Source: a virus. From it: a DNA stretch of 64,000 nucleotides. Shown one piece after another: positions 34,000-44,227 of the stretch. Every line of letters starts with the position of its first letter. The stretch's first letter is position 1. The DNA lies in the IMG/VR virus record IMGVR_UViG_3300042309_001504, positions 1-64,000 of that record. One strand, written 5' to 3'. The notes under the pieces were generated by a model. It saw only the letters and a list, made by a program, of their open reading frames with translations. It made no database searches and was not told the origin of the DNA. The position numbers were made by a program, and so were the translations under genes.

Positions 34000-35441
34000 A
34001 TAATGCATTTTTATTAATTAACAATAGTGCCATTAGACCAGCGCCATCTATAACGATGGAATACGAAAAATTTATGTCTGGTGAGTATTTAATTGGTGGT
34101 ATATTAAAAATTAATTTAGAAGGACAAATTATTGGTAACAATTTGAATGATCTTAATAATAAAATTAAAAATATTGTTAATTATAGTGGTAAATGTCAAA
34201 CCATTAAAATATCGTGTGGCGCCACTAAATTAGTTGATGGTATAGGATTTGTTGGAGCAGTAAATGTTACACCATCTGACCAACCCTTTATGGTCAACTA
34301 TACCGCTACCATTGATGTTGGTATTAATAATGGTAAAAAAGTAATTGTTCCTGATGAAAGATTTTTATCTCTTTATGATGTTAATATTCCTGATAATCTG
34401 ATATTAGCATCCTATGATGAATCGTTGTCGTTATCTGGAGATGAATCTTTATCTAATACTGGTTTTTATGGTCAGTCTTTTACAAAAGCTAGTCTAAAAT
34501 TTAGTGGAAGTATTAGTATTCAGGCCCACAATCATATGTGTTCCAATAATACAAATTCTATATTAGATCAATTATATAGTATACTAAATAGTAGAGCAAA
34601 TAGATTATTAAGTTTAGATTCCACACTAATAGACTCCTATCCTTTATTGCAAAATTATTGTAATGGATCTTGGGAGGCTATCCATGACACTAAATCTTTG
34701 TCAATTAATAAATTAGATCATAAAATTGAATGGAAATTTGATTTATTTATAATCAGTGGAGAATGTCATCCAAAAGGCATAGTAAGTGTTAATATTACAG
34801 AAAGCACGGATCAAACTACCGGATTAAGTACTTTTAGTGCTAAGGGTAGTATCAAAGGATTAAATAATAGAACATCTTCTGTTATAGATCATAATATTAT
34901 GAATAATGATAAAATTAATAATGCTAGACAAATTTATGATGATATGGCTGCTACTGGGCCGTATATTGGTGGAGCATATGGTTACGAAATTTTTGGATGT
35001 TTTACTGCTGCTAATTTACCTCCTAACACATGCTATCAAAGAACATCTTCGCAATCTACTCAATCTACAAATAATGGCCAAATAGAGTTTGATTTTACAT
35101 ATTCTGATGTAGAATCTTGCCAACTTGGTGGAAATAATATAGAAATATCTATTGATGAAGAATATCCAACACAAAAATATATAGAACATATTATTCCTGG
35201 CAGAGGATCAGCACTAGTACAAATCAGTAATTCTGTTTCTGCTTATAAGGTTAATATAACAGCAAGTGGTAAATTAAATAGTTGCGATACAACACAAATG
35301 AATAATTTAGTTAGTTGTGTTTATGGACAATTTTTACAAACAATCAATAGTAGAGGCTTTAATCAATATTTATTAATTAAAGAAGATATTACTCTTGGTA
35401 AATACTCATATAAGATTACTAGAAGTTATATAGGTTGTTAG
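33990..35441 (+). CDS. Distal tail / baseplate-region protein, paralog of the preceding gene
   Basis: RPAPSITMEYE vs DPSPFVSSSYE; similar length and architecture. Confidence 0.45.
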   Translation: MPIDNAFLLINNSAIRPAPSITMEYEKFMSGEYLIGGILKINLEGQIIGNNLNDLNNKIKNIVNYSGKCQTIKISCGATKLVDGIGFVGAVNVTPSDQPFMVNYTATIDVGINNGKKVIVPDERFLSLYDVNIPDNLILASYDESLSLSGDESLSNTGFYGQSFTKASLKFSGSISIQAHNHMCSNNTNSILDQLYSILNSRANRLLSLDSTLIDSYPLLQNYCNGSWEAIHDTKSLSINKLDHKIEWKFDLFIISGECHPKGIVSVNITESTDQTTGLSTFSAKGSIKGLNNRTSSVIDHNIMNNDKINNARQIYDDMAATGPYIGGAYGYEIFGCFTAANLPPNTCYQRTSSQSTQSTNNGQIEFDFTYSDVESCQLGGNNIEISIDEEYPTQKYIEHIIPGRGSALVQISNSVSAYKVNITASGKLNSCDTTQMNNLVSCVYGQFLQTINSRGFNQYLLIKEDITLGKYSYKITRSYIGC

Positions 35442-37754
35442 ATGAATATAGATTATACTATTAATAATGTTTCTTGTAATGGAGGAGATGATGGATCTAT
35501 ATCTATAGATACTATCGTATTAACCTCTGGCGAATATAATATTTATGGCTTTAATTATACTATTGATTGGACAGATAATATTGATAATGAACAATTATTA
35601 AATAGTAATTTAATTGCTACATCTTTAAGTGCTGATACTTATGGTTTTAGATTATTTGGAAATAGTACCTATAGTTCTTGGACATATGTAAACGTTACTG
35701 AACCATTACCACTAACAATTAACAGTATAATTAAAAACAATAATCCATGTAATACAAATGCAACTATAACCGTTAATATTAGTGGTGGGACACCGCCATA
35801 TACAACAACATATGATATTTACTCTATAGTCGGTTCTGGTACTGAAGTTGTATTTTCTGGACTAAATATTGATCTTAGTTCTTTAATATCTGTTACTGAT
35901 ACAGAAGGATGTTCTGTAACTAGCGACAGCACAACGGATATAGTTTTTTCTAATACTACTATTGATTTTTTATCACAAAGTCCACCATTAATTTATGATG
36001 ATCATTTAGAATCTTTTACTTTTTCTATTACTGGATATGGTCCATTCAAAATATTAATATGGAATACTGATGATAATGGTAATAAAAATACTGTTGTTGA
36101 TACAATAGAATTTTTTGATACATCTTATCTCACTAGTATTAATAATAATATATTTACTTATGATATAGGATCAATTATTTATCCAGGATCATATATTTTT
36201 GATATTATTGATTCTAATAACTGTTCAATTACAACATCTGTTTTAAATGCCCAGAATAGTAATCCTTTAAGTGTGAACTTAACATCTACTAATAATAATC
36301 CTATAGATAATGGATTTTTTATAAATACATCAACTATTTTTGATACATTATTGATACCAATCAATCTAATTATTAATAATAATAATTTATTAAATTTTAT
36401 AAAACAACTTAATCTTAATGATAAAATTTTGATTAAAATAAATGATGTAGAATATTTACAAAAGGTAATTCTATTTAACAAAAATAAAAGTAATATTGAT
36501 AATAATTATTTAGATATTTTGCAATTAGCGCCATCTTTAGATTGGTGGTTTTTTAGCATACCAATAGCTATAGGATTTGATTATACTACTCTCACAAATA
36601 TTTTTACAGATAATATACGTTTAGTATATAATAATGAAGAATATACTATTATTCCCGAACTAGATAATGAATCATCAACCATTAAACTAATTAGAGGAGC
36701 ATTAATATCAACAGCATTTAATACTTCCCAATTTAGCAAAAATAATAAAGTAGGAGTTTATTCTTTAAGTGGATCAGAATATACACTAATACAAGAAATA
36801 GAATCCACCTATAATACATCCCTATATAATACTTATGTTGCCGGTTTAGTATATCATATTAATTTTATGGATAATAATATTATTAATAGTAATATAGATA
36901 TTTTTAATCCACAAATCGATGCTCCATCACTAGATAAACTATCCTATCAACAAAAGGTTAAGAATGCTTTGGCTTTCATAAACAATACAAATAATACCAC
37001 ATATATTGCTGCATCACAAAATTATCAAAACAATGGTGGAATAACCTTTAATATTACTGGTGGATATATAGATAATAATTATTCTATAGAATATAAATAT
37101 TGGAACGAAGAATCTAATAATTTACAAAATATTTATTTGAATAACAATCCTTTAACTCAAACAAGAGCATACGGATTAAAAGAAGGCGTATATATTGTTA
37201 AAATTACAGACAAATATAATAATAAAATTAAAATATTAAATAATATATCTTATGATAATCATTATAGTGAAGCATTAAATTATATATATAATATTTTTAA
37301 TACTACTCCATCAAATTTAAATTTTCAGTATGGAGATCTACTAATTCCAGTATATAGATTGGGTTCGTCATCTACCACACTTCAAAATAGTATAATAGGT
37401 ACTGATCCACCAATAATTCCACCAGTTCCTGATCCTATAATTTTAACAGAAGAAATTATACAAGTTAATGTTACTAATAATAGTATATATAATAATAGTT
37501 TAATAGTAACTATTAATCCAACTAATATTAGCGCACATATTAGTGGTCCTAATGGTTATAATAAGATATTTTCTAATAAAACACAATTTAATAATTTACC
37601 ACCAGGGGTATATTATATAAGTGGTAATGATAATGAATTAAGAAATAATTATTTATTTAACAAATTAACTAAAGTTTATGTTAGCAATAATTTACAGGAT
37701 AATATTAATATTATTTTTGATAGTTATTTAAATCAATATATTGTAGGAAATTAA
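35442..37754 (+). CDS. SprB-repeat-like virion protein
   Basis: VSCNGGDDGSISI, LSADTY, ISGGTPPYT, VTDTEGCS, LPPGVY motifs; very Asn/Ile-rich. Confidence 0.5.
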   Translation: MNIDYTINNVSCNGGDDGSISIDTIVLTSGEYNIYGFNYTIDWTDNIDNEQLLNSNLIATSLSADTYGFRLFGNSTYSSWTYVNVTEPLPLTINSIIKNNNPCNTNATITVNISGGTPPYTTTYDIYSIVGSGTEVVFSGLNIDLSSLISVTDTEGCSVTSDSTTDIVFSNTTIDFLSQSPPLIYDDHLESFTFSITGYGPFKILIWNTDDNGNKNTVVDTIEFFDTSYLTSINNNIFTYDIGSIIYPGSYIFDIIDSNNCSITTSVLNAQNSNPLSVNLTSTNNNPIDNGFFINTSTIFDTLLIPINLIINNNNLLNFIKQLNLNDKILIKINDVEYLQKVILFNKNKSNIDNNYLDILQLAPSLDWWFFSIPIAIGFDYTTLTNIFTDNIRLVYNNEEYTIIPELDNESSTIKLIRGALISTAFNTSQFSKNNKVGVYSLSGSEYTLIQEIESTYNTSLYNTYVAGLVYHINFMDNNIINSNIDIFNPQIDAPSLDKLSYQQKVKNALAFINNTNNTTYIAASQNYQNNGGITFNITGGYIDNNYSIEYKYWNEESNNLQNIYLNNNPLTQTRAYGLKEGVYIVKITDKYNNKIKILNNISYDNHYSEALNYIYNIFNTTPSNLNFQYGDLLIPVYRLGSSSTTLQNSIIGTDPPIIPPVPDPIILTEEIIQVNVTNNSIYNNSLIVTINPTNISAHISGPNGYNKIFSNKTQFNNLPPGVYYISGNDNELRNNYLFNKLTKVYVSNNLQDNINIIFDSYLNQYIVGN

Positions 37755-37758
37755 AATT

Positions 37759-40700
37759 ATGCCATGTCAAAATGTTTCCGCCACGATGGCACTATATGAT
37801 GCTATAACACAAGTCAATATCTTTGGTAATACTCCGATAGAAATTACTTCATTTACTTCTAATATAGGATTTAATAATCAAGAAAGTTCTGTTTCAATAG
37901 ATCTTGTCATTAATCAGTGTACAGTTGGAGGAATAGCGGATCTAAATACTGGATATGCGGTAAATTTTATATGCAATGGTTTTAGTTTTGGAGGCATAGT
38001 TAAAAGAATAGAATACTCCGAGAGTGATGCTGGTATCAAATATAAGATAGAGATTGGGGACACAAGAAAGTTATTAGACGGAGTACAACTACTATTAAGT
38101 GGATATTATTGTAATTTACAAGGTGGTAATTTTATCAATGTATTAAATTTAATAGAAGGAAGATCAGCTGGATCAGCATGTAGTGGACAACTATCTCCAG
38201 GATCATTACCATCAATCGGCAATTGCGCCTTTTATGGTTTAAGTGGAGCGGGAACTGGTCGAGGTATTTCGTATTTACAAGCTATAACGGCTATAGCAAA
38301 TAGTAATAGTCCAGTATTAACAACTGCTGGTACTAGTTTGTATATGAATTTAAGCCCTATAGTAGGTTTGGCAAGTACTATTCCATATGCTACCACAGAT
38401 GGCTCTAGTATGAGTTTGTTAGAAATGATTACAGCCATTTGTGATGAATCAGGATACGACTTTATAACAACGTTAGTTGGTAATATTATCAATTTTATAC
38501 CAATAAACAGAAGAACTAATCCTCAGTTTGGTCAAATTTCATCACTAATTAATTTAGCAAGATCTGGTGGAACTCTTATATCTGCTAGTCAGGGTTTGGA
38601 AGAAACCTATGAACCAACTAGTAAAATAGTAATAGGAGATAAGGTTCAATATTTAAAAACAGGGTCATCTTATTGGTCACCATCTTTTACCACAATGTTA
38701 TTGGGATACACTAACGATGGTTATCCTATTAGGGCCACACAACAGCAGCTCAATAGTGGAATAAATATAAATACAACCACACTAGCATCATCTTTTGCAT
38801 CAGTAGGCTATAATATAGCAAATTCTTTATCTATCAAAGAAAGTGAAATTTTATCTTTAGGAAGTTTATCATTCTGGAAAGCATATTCGTTAACTAATAC
38901 GGATAGTATTGGAGCATATATTGGTCGAACTTTGTTGGGAGAACAATGGGAAACGCTAACCACCCAAGCTATTAACTCATTACTAACAATAGCTGGACAA
39001 AATAAATTAGGAGAATACTCAGCTTTACAACAAGCAATAAATAGTGTGGTGAAATCAGCAACTATAGCAGCACTATTTGATGATGTTGCTTATAGATGGC
39101 TAAAATCTTTTGTTGATGAATATTATGGTAAGCAATGGTTAGTAAATATTAAATCTAGAGTATGTTATAATGCTCCATATGGTCTTTATGGCCCATCAAT
39201 ATCCGAAGGTGGATCAATATTAGTATCAGATGCTCCTTCTGATGGCGGATGGCCAGATAGCAGTAATATATTAGGATTGAATTATGGAACAGCAGATACT
39301 AGTTTATTTCAGTTAGATGATGGTCGCATAGGATCATTTATAGCTTTTAGAAGTAATATTATTGCTAATAAAACATGGAAAAATAACTCAATAGTTTATT
39401 ATCTTAATACTGGTTTATTAAGTGGTGAGTATATATCTAAAAATGGTTTTATATATATGCCATGTTCTATAGATAGTAAAATGTATAACGGTATTGATAA
39501 TAATGTTGAACTTTTAGTAAAAACACCATTTATTCCACTAAGTATTAGGCCCACAACATCAACTACTATTGCTAATGGATTGTATGCTTTAAGTGTTTTA
39601 GCAGGCGCTAACTTAACAAATATTCCACCAGATGCAAAAAGCGGTATTAATCCTACAATTTTTAATAATCTAAAAGATAATCCTGCGGCTGCTTCTTTTG
39701 ATGGTATTTGTTTACCAATGAAAAGTAATATGTATGTTTATGGTCCATATATGGGATCTAGTGGTCAGGTCGGAGGCACAATAGTTCAGGAGATGAATGA
39801 CTTAAATCCTTGGACATATGGCGGTGTTCAAAATATGAATTCTATTGGACAAGCATTAGCAAATAATGGATTTAAAGGACAAAATAAATCTGAAAGCGGA
39901 TCAATAACATTAGCAGAAGCACCAGCGTATTCTTTGGGGCCGGTAGCATCTTTAGGAGGTTTGGTTTTAGGAAGTGTTAGTACAAATTTTGGAGAGAGTG
40001 GAGTTACAACAACATATAATTTTCAAACGTTTACTCCTAAATTCGGTAATTATGCACAAGCATTGGCTAACAATGTAAAAAGAGGAGTTGAAAATCGTAA
40101 ACAAATATTCAAATATATCAAAGAATTTAATCAAAAAACAATTACCAGTATCAATAACGCTAGAACATCTGTTGTAAAAAGTACTTGGAATCTAAACAAT
40201 CCGATTAACAATACTCCAATAAATCAATCATCTAGTGCTTCACAAAATAGTCCTAATATACTATTATTTAGTAATTATATTTTAAGAGGAGACATAGACG
40301 TTCAAGCTAGTTCTGGTGGTGGAGGTGGTGGTTTTGGTTCTTTTGCTATAAATCCATTTTCGTGTGAACAAATTTGTGATGGAGTACAACCAATAGGTCT
40401 TTTGCCGGGAAATAGTGGTAGTAATAATAATAAGAGAATATATTCGTTATCTGGTTTTGAAAAAACAGATGCTATAGATCAATTTTTAGACGCTAATAGA
40501 TATTCTGCATATGCTATATCATCCACAGATGCAATTTTTGCACCAGTATCTTTACGAGGATCTGGTTCGTTACCAAGATTAATTCATACTAACGTTAATC
40601 AAAATATACCGTTAAGCAAATCAAGAGGCTGTATGCCACCAATATGGTTGGCTGGAAATATTATTGGGAATTTGCCCATCACACAATTATATCTCAATCC

Positions 40701-41757
40701 CATGCTATCATATGCTAATTTATCAGAGTGGGATGGCAGACGGGGATCTAGTAGTGTTGGTTTTACAATTAGTCATATTACATATGGTGATGATCCATCC
40801 ACACTATTCCAACTTGATGATACTGATAGACAATACCAATCAGACTTTAGATTTTCTGCATTAAAGGGACCGTTGGTATTACAAAGCTGGGGATATGATA
40901 CTAATGGTAAACCCATACCAAACAAAGCTGATAGTCCAGCAAATTGTGAAAATGGTAATTTTAATAAAACGGGTTTATATGATCAGTTTATGGGTAATTG
41001 GTTAGGTAATCCTAAAACATGGCCAGTTGGTCCTATTGATTTAAGATGGGATAGAGATCGAGGAGTTTGGGTCGCACCACCACCAGAAAAAATTGTTGTG
41101 GCACAATTATTGAGTGATTTAAATCCTGGTGGATCAGCACAGGCAGTATTATTAAATCCTGGCAGTGGAACAGGTTTATTTTTTAATCAATATGATGTTT
41201 ATGGTCCTAACGGAGAACATATAACAGGTAATATTAGTGATGCTCAAATAGTTGTTGGAGATTTTTTGGGTCGTAAATTATGTAAAGGTACAAGAATTTA
41301 TGCTTATCATTATGATGATGGTAAATATATTGCTTTAGAGGCTAGTATTGTTAATGAAGAAACTTGTGAATGTGATTGTGAAACACCAACGCCATCAACT
41401 ACAACACCCACCACAACCGAAACAACGCCTCCTACAACACCCCCAACAACACCCCCAACAACACCCCCAACAACACCCCCAACAACACCCCCAACAACAC
41501 CCCCAACTACGCCACCAACACCAACTACACCTCCTACAACGCCTCCAACTCCAACAACAACATATACGATTACTACAACGCCAACTACACCAACAACGCC
41601 ACCCACTACTCCGCCTACCACACCTCCTACAACGCCACCATGCGATGTTTGCGATTTGGTCGATTGTTTAAGTCAACTTGGCGGAGACGGAGTACTCGGT
41701 ATTTCTGGAGGATGTTTGAAAATTTATCCGTTGACTACATGTCCATCTGAAACTTAA
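37759..41757 (+). CDS. Large tail tip / hub protein with Thr-Pro-rich C-terminal linker
   Basis: 1332 aa, last structural gene; hub-like N-terminus (FSFGGIV, SLLEMITAICDESGYDF); GPIDLRWDRDRGVW; TTPP repeats. Confidence 0.55.
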   Translation: MPCQNVSATMALYDAITQVNIFGNTPIEITSFTSNIGFNNQESSVSIDLVINQCTVGGIADLNTGYAVNFICNGFSFGGIVKRIEYSESDAGIKYKIEIGDTRKLLDGVQLLLSGYYCNLQGGNFINVLNLIEGRSAGSACSGQLSPGSLPSIGNCAFYGLSGAGTGRGISYLQAITAIANSNSPVLTTAGTSLYMNLSPIVGLASTIPYATTDGSSMSLLEMITAICDESGYDFITTLVGNIINFIPINRRTNPQFGQISSLINLARSGGTLISASQGLEETYEPTSKIVIGDKVQYLKTGSSYWSPSFTTMLLGYTNDGYPIRATQQQLNSGININTTTLASSFASVGYNIANSLSIKESEILSLGSLSFWKAYSLTNTDSIGAYIGRTLLGEQWETLTTQAINSLLTIAGQNKLGEYSALQQAINSVVKSATIAALFDDVAYRWLKSFVDEYYGKQWLVNIKSRVCYNAPYGLYGPSISEGGSILVSDAPSDGGWPDSSNILGLNYGTADTSLFQLDDGRIGSFIAFRSNIIANKTWKNNSIVYYLNTGLLSGEYISKNGFIYMPCSIDSKMYNGIDNNVELLVKTPFIPLSIRPTTSTTIANGLYALSVLAGANLTNIPPDAKSGINPTIFNNLKDNPAAASFDGICLPMKSNMYVYGPYMGSSGQVGGTIVQEMNDLNPWTYGGVQNMNSIGQALANNGFKGQNKSESGSITLAEAPAYSLGPVASLGGLVLGSVSTNFGESGVTTTYNFQTFTPKFGNYAQALANNVKRGVENRKQIFKYIKEFNQKTITSINNARTSVVKSTWNLNNPINNTPINQSSSASQNSPNILLFSNYILRGDIDVQASSGGGGGGFGSFAINPFSCEQICDGVQPIGLLPGNSGSNNNKRIYSLSGFEKTDAIDQFLDANRYSAYAISSTDAIFAPVSLRGSGSLPRLIHTNVNQNIPLSKSRGCMPPIWLAGNIIGNLPITQLYLNPMLSYANLSEWDGRRGSSSVGFTISHITYGDDPSTLFQLDDTDRQYQSDFRFSALKGPLVLQSWGYDTNGKPIPNKADSPANCENGNFNKTGLYDQFMGNWLGNPKTWPVGPIDLRWDRDRGVWVAPPPEKIVVAQLLSDLNPGGSAQAVLLNPGSGTGLFFNQYDVYGPNGEHITGNISDAQIVVGDFLGRKLCKGTRIYAYHYDDGKYIALEASIVNEETCECDCETPTPSTTTPTTTETTPPTTPPTTPPTTPPTTPPTTPPTTPPTTPPTPTTPPTTPPTPTTTYTITTTPTTPTTPPTTPPTTPPTTPPCDVCDLVDCLSQLGGDGVLGISGGCLKIYPLTTCPSET
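41434..41505 (+). repeat. Perfect 12-bp tandem repeat (ACAACACCCCCA x6) encoding TTPP
   Basis: Read directly; degenerate copies extend over about 41385-41640. Confidence 0.95.
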
Positions 41758-41763
41758 TAATAT

Positions 41764-42390
41764 TTAAACGCAAATATCATTAATACAGGTTTTACCTTCT
41801 TCACAACCAGGTAATGGGTTGCTACACTCAGGATCATTTTCCGTGTCACAATAATAACAATTTGATCCGCATGGATTTGTGGCACATTGATTGTTGCAGC
41901 AATATCCTTGAATAGATGTAATTGTTGCATCACATTCTGGAGGTAAATCTAATCCTATAACATATTGATTCGCTTCTTCATAAGATTCAAATGGACCAGC
42001 ATCTCCAGTACATCCTGTATCTTCTGGATTTGTTGGTCCACAAGCACTATTACATGCGATTTCATCGGTATAGCAGTCATTTTCTGGTAAACATGTTTCA
42101 GTACATGTTCCTATAATACATTCGTCTCCATTACAAAAATAACACGGTGATGTGTTTCTATATACATCCACATACCAGTAGATACAATCCTCATTAAATT
42201 CACAAGGATAACCACTACTACTTCCTGATCCGCTACTACTTCCTGATCCGCTACCACTAGTTCCTGATCCACTTGATGATGCGCTACTACTAGATGGAGG
42301 TAAACAACAACAATCTCCAGGACCTAATACTAAACTATCTCCGAGAGAATATATTGCTCCTTCACCATCCCACAGTATTGCATCACTCAT
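41764..42390 (-). CDS. Cys-rich acidic hypothetical protein with Ser/Gly linker
   Basis: About 25 Cys in 208 aa; CCC motif then SSSGSG repeats. Confidence 0.6.
   Translation of the reverse strand: MSDAILWDGEGAIYSLGDSLVLGPGDCCCLPPSSSSASSSGSGTSGSGSGSSSGSGSSSGYPCEFNEDCIYWYVDVYRNTSPCYFCNGDECIIGTCTETCLPENDCYTDEIACNSACGPTNPEDTGCTGDAGPFESYEEANQYVIGLDLPPECDATITSIQGYCCNNQCATNPCGSNCYYCDTENDPECSNPLPGCEEGKTCINDICV
42214..42270. repeat. 18-bp tandem repeat (CTACTACTTCCTGATCCG x2 plus degenerate copy) encoding a Ser/Gly linker
   Basis: Read directly. Confidence 0.8.
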
Positions 42391-42393
42391 TTA

Positions 42394-42726
42394 TCAATCT
42401 TTTTTGTTAGGATTCCACTTGTGCCAACCTTTGTTTGGTAACCAATTACCTTCGTCATCTTTTCTTTTTGGAAATAAAGTACCACCTTTTTTATGTTGCC
42501 CAAATGATAGTACGGCCCCACAATCAGAACATCTTATTTCATAATAATCATTACCATCAACATTACGAACAATAAATCTTAGATTTGAATTATTACATAG
42601 TCCGCATTTTTCTTCAGAAAAAATTTCTTGTATAACAGCAAGTTCTTTAAAAACCTCTTTCTGACCTTCTCCTTCTAATTCAAATTCTAACTTATCATTC
42701 ACTTTATATTTTAATTTCATAATCAT
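42394..42726 (-). CDS. Zinc-ribbon hypothetical protein
   Basis: CGLC...CSDC; adjacent to the annealing protein gene. Confidence 0.6.
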   Translation of the reverse strand: MIMKLKYKVNDKLEFELEGEGQKEVFKELAVIQEIFSEEKCGLCNNSNLRFIVRNVDGNDYYEIRCSDCGAVLSFGQHKKGGTLFPKRKDDEGNWLPNKGWHKWNPNKKD

Positions 42727-43433
42727 GCCTCTTTCCAGTTGTCGTCGTAGCCTATTAGGTCTTGGGAAATATTATCAATATTTTGTTGATACTTTGATAA
42801 CTCTCTTATAATAGACACGGCCTGATCATGCATCAAGTTTTTAATATTTTCAGAATAACCTAATGATACTATTAATTTATTGGTATTAACATTTAATCTT
42901 TTGGACATAACATCAATAAAATTAATTTGATTGGAACTAATCCTATTAACATTGTCGCCAGAAGGATCATCTTCAATATTAGTGGCCAATTCTTCTGCCG
43001 CAACAACCTTTCTTAATCTTAATGCTCGTCTTAGTGCTCGTCCTTCTGCTCTTGTTTCGGCTACGGCCACAGGATGATTACGATATATCTTATCGCAGTT
43101 GCCCCAATAAACGTCCGCAGAGCCATCCACAGTCAGAGTATTTAAACCTTCTGGGTCTGGTTCAGATGGATTTAAACGATACGTTAACGAATGAACAACC
43201 GTTGCTCTTTTTTCGTTGTCTGGACTAGGAGATTGAGCAACTGTTGATGTTGATGATAATAGACGACATTTTAATGCTATTTCAAATATACGACGCAATC
43301 CATCTGTTGTTGGATTACCACTAATTTTTTCATCGTCAGATAATAATCCTAGCACATAGTCATTCCATTCCAGATCATTAGGTGTGACTGTTGGTAATTT
43401 TTCTTCTGTTGATTCTGTAGTTTTTTTAACCAT
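42723..43433 (-). CDS. Putative Rad52/Sak-like single-strand annealing protein
   Basis: AVAETRAEGRALRRAL helix and C-terminal S.NQINFI...LMHDQAVSII domain. Confidence 0.45.
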   Translation of the reverse strand: MVKKTTESTEEKLPTVTPNDLEWNDYVLGLLSDDEKISGNPTTDGLRRIFEIALKCRLLSSTSTVAQSPSPDNEKRATVVHSLTYRLNPSEPDPEGLNTLTVDGSADVYWGNCDKIYRNHPVAVAETRAEGRALRRALRLRKVVAAEELATNIEDDPSGDNVNRISSNQINFIDVMSKRLNVNTNKLIVSLGYSENIKNLMHDQAVSIIRELSKYQQNIDNISQDLIGYDDNWKEA

Positions 43434-43435
43434 TT

Positions 43436-44227
43436 CTAATCTCCTATTTCTATAGTCCTTTGATTAATTGGCGGAAATTTAATTTGTATATTATCAAGAA
43501 TAGTTTTTAATTCCTGATATATTAGTAATGCTCTTGATTTAGAAAAGTCTTTGGTTTGTTTTATTCTGATTAATACCAATCCTTTTCCTATTATTAGTCC
43601 TGTTTTTTTGTTATCATATGATATGTTTCTATTCAACACATCATCTCCCCATACCGGAGCAAAGTGGGACGGTCCGTCCACCTCAATCGCTACATTCATG
43701 GTAGGCAGAAATATATCTATTTGCAACTTGGTATTAGCTAACAATTGCTCTTTGTGAAACTCTATTTTATGATTATCCTTAATCAAACATTGAGATATGA
43801 ATTTTTCTAATTTAGAACCATCCTTACTAGCTTGTCTTACTGCTTTATTAGCTTTTGTCAACATATTTTCTTTATCGTTTTTAGATTTTTTTTCCCAATT
43901 TTTTTTCGCCGTATTTTTACGATTTTCCAATTCATTATCTGATAATTGCTCCCAAGAGTGTACTAATGATACTCCAATTTTAGTTTTTGTATCGTCTGGT
44001 CTTGTTGTACCTTTAGTCGGATGTTTATGCACACCGGTGTTTAATGCATTCTTTTGAGCTTCGCTTTTATCTCTTAATGCTATACCAAATTTTATAGCAT
44101 CTCGTCTAATTTTATTAGCATATGTATTGTATTTATGTGCTATATTTTGCAGTGAATTATTGTTATTAATATATTCTTCAATTATAAGATCTTGTTTTTT
44201 TTGATCAGATAAATCATTGTAATTCAT
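43436..44227 (-). CDS. Vsr/DUF559-like endonuclease with NUMOD-like DNA-binding region (homing endonuclease-like)
   Basis: SKLE...IDIFLP..NVAIEVDGPSH...DNKK...LIRI; HPTKGTTRPDDTKTKI. Confidence 0.65.
   Translation of the reverse strand: MNYNDLSDQKKQDLIIEEYINNNNSLQNIAHKYNTYANKIRRDAIKFGIALRDKSEAQKNALNTGVHKHPTKGTTRPDDTKTKIGVSLVHSWEQLSDNELENRKNTAKKNWEKKSKNDKENMLTKANKAVRQASKDGSKLEKFISQCLIKDNHKIEFHKEQLLANTKLQIDIFLPTMNVAIEVDGPSHFAPVWGDDVLNRNISYDNKKTGLIIGKGLVLIRIKQTKDFSKSRALLIYQELKTILDNIQIKFPPINQRTIEIGD

Noticed and set aside
32560-35445. Genome-wide TAG reassignment (code 15)
   Set aside because: Genes are long and intact under the standard code, and TAG at 32567 and 33999 ends genes whose successors are in other frames
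41434-41505. Possible CRISPR array, given a Cas4-like gene in the window
   Set aside because: Contiguous 12-bp coding repeats without spacers; solo Cas4/RecB-like nucleases are common in phage replication modules
41310-41671. Alternative-frame ORFs (VVGG and PQQH repeats)
   Set aside because: By-products of the stop-free 12-bp tandem repeat
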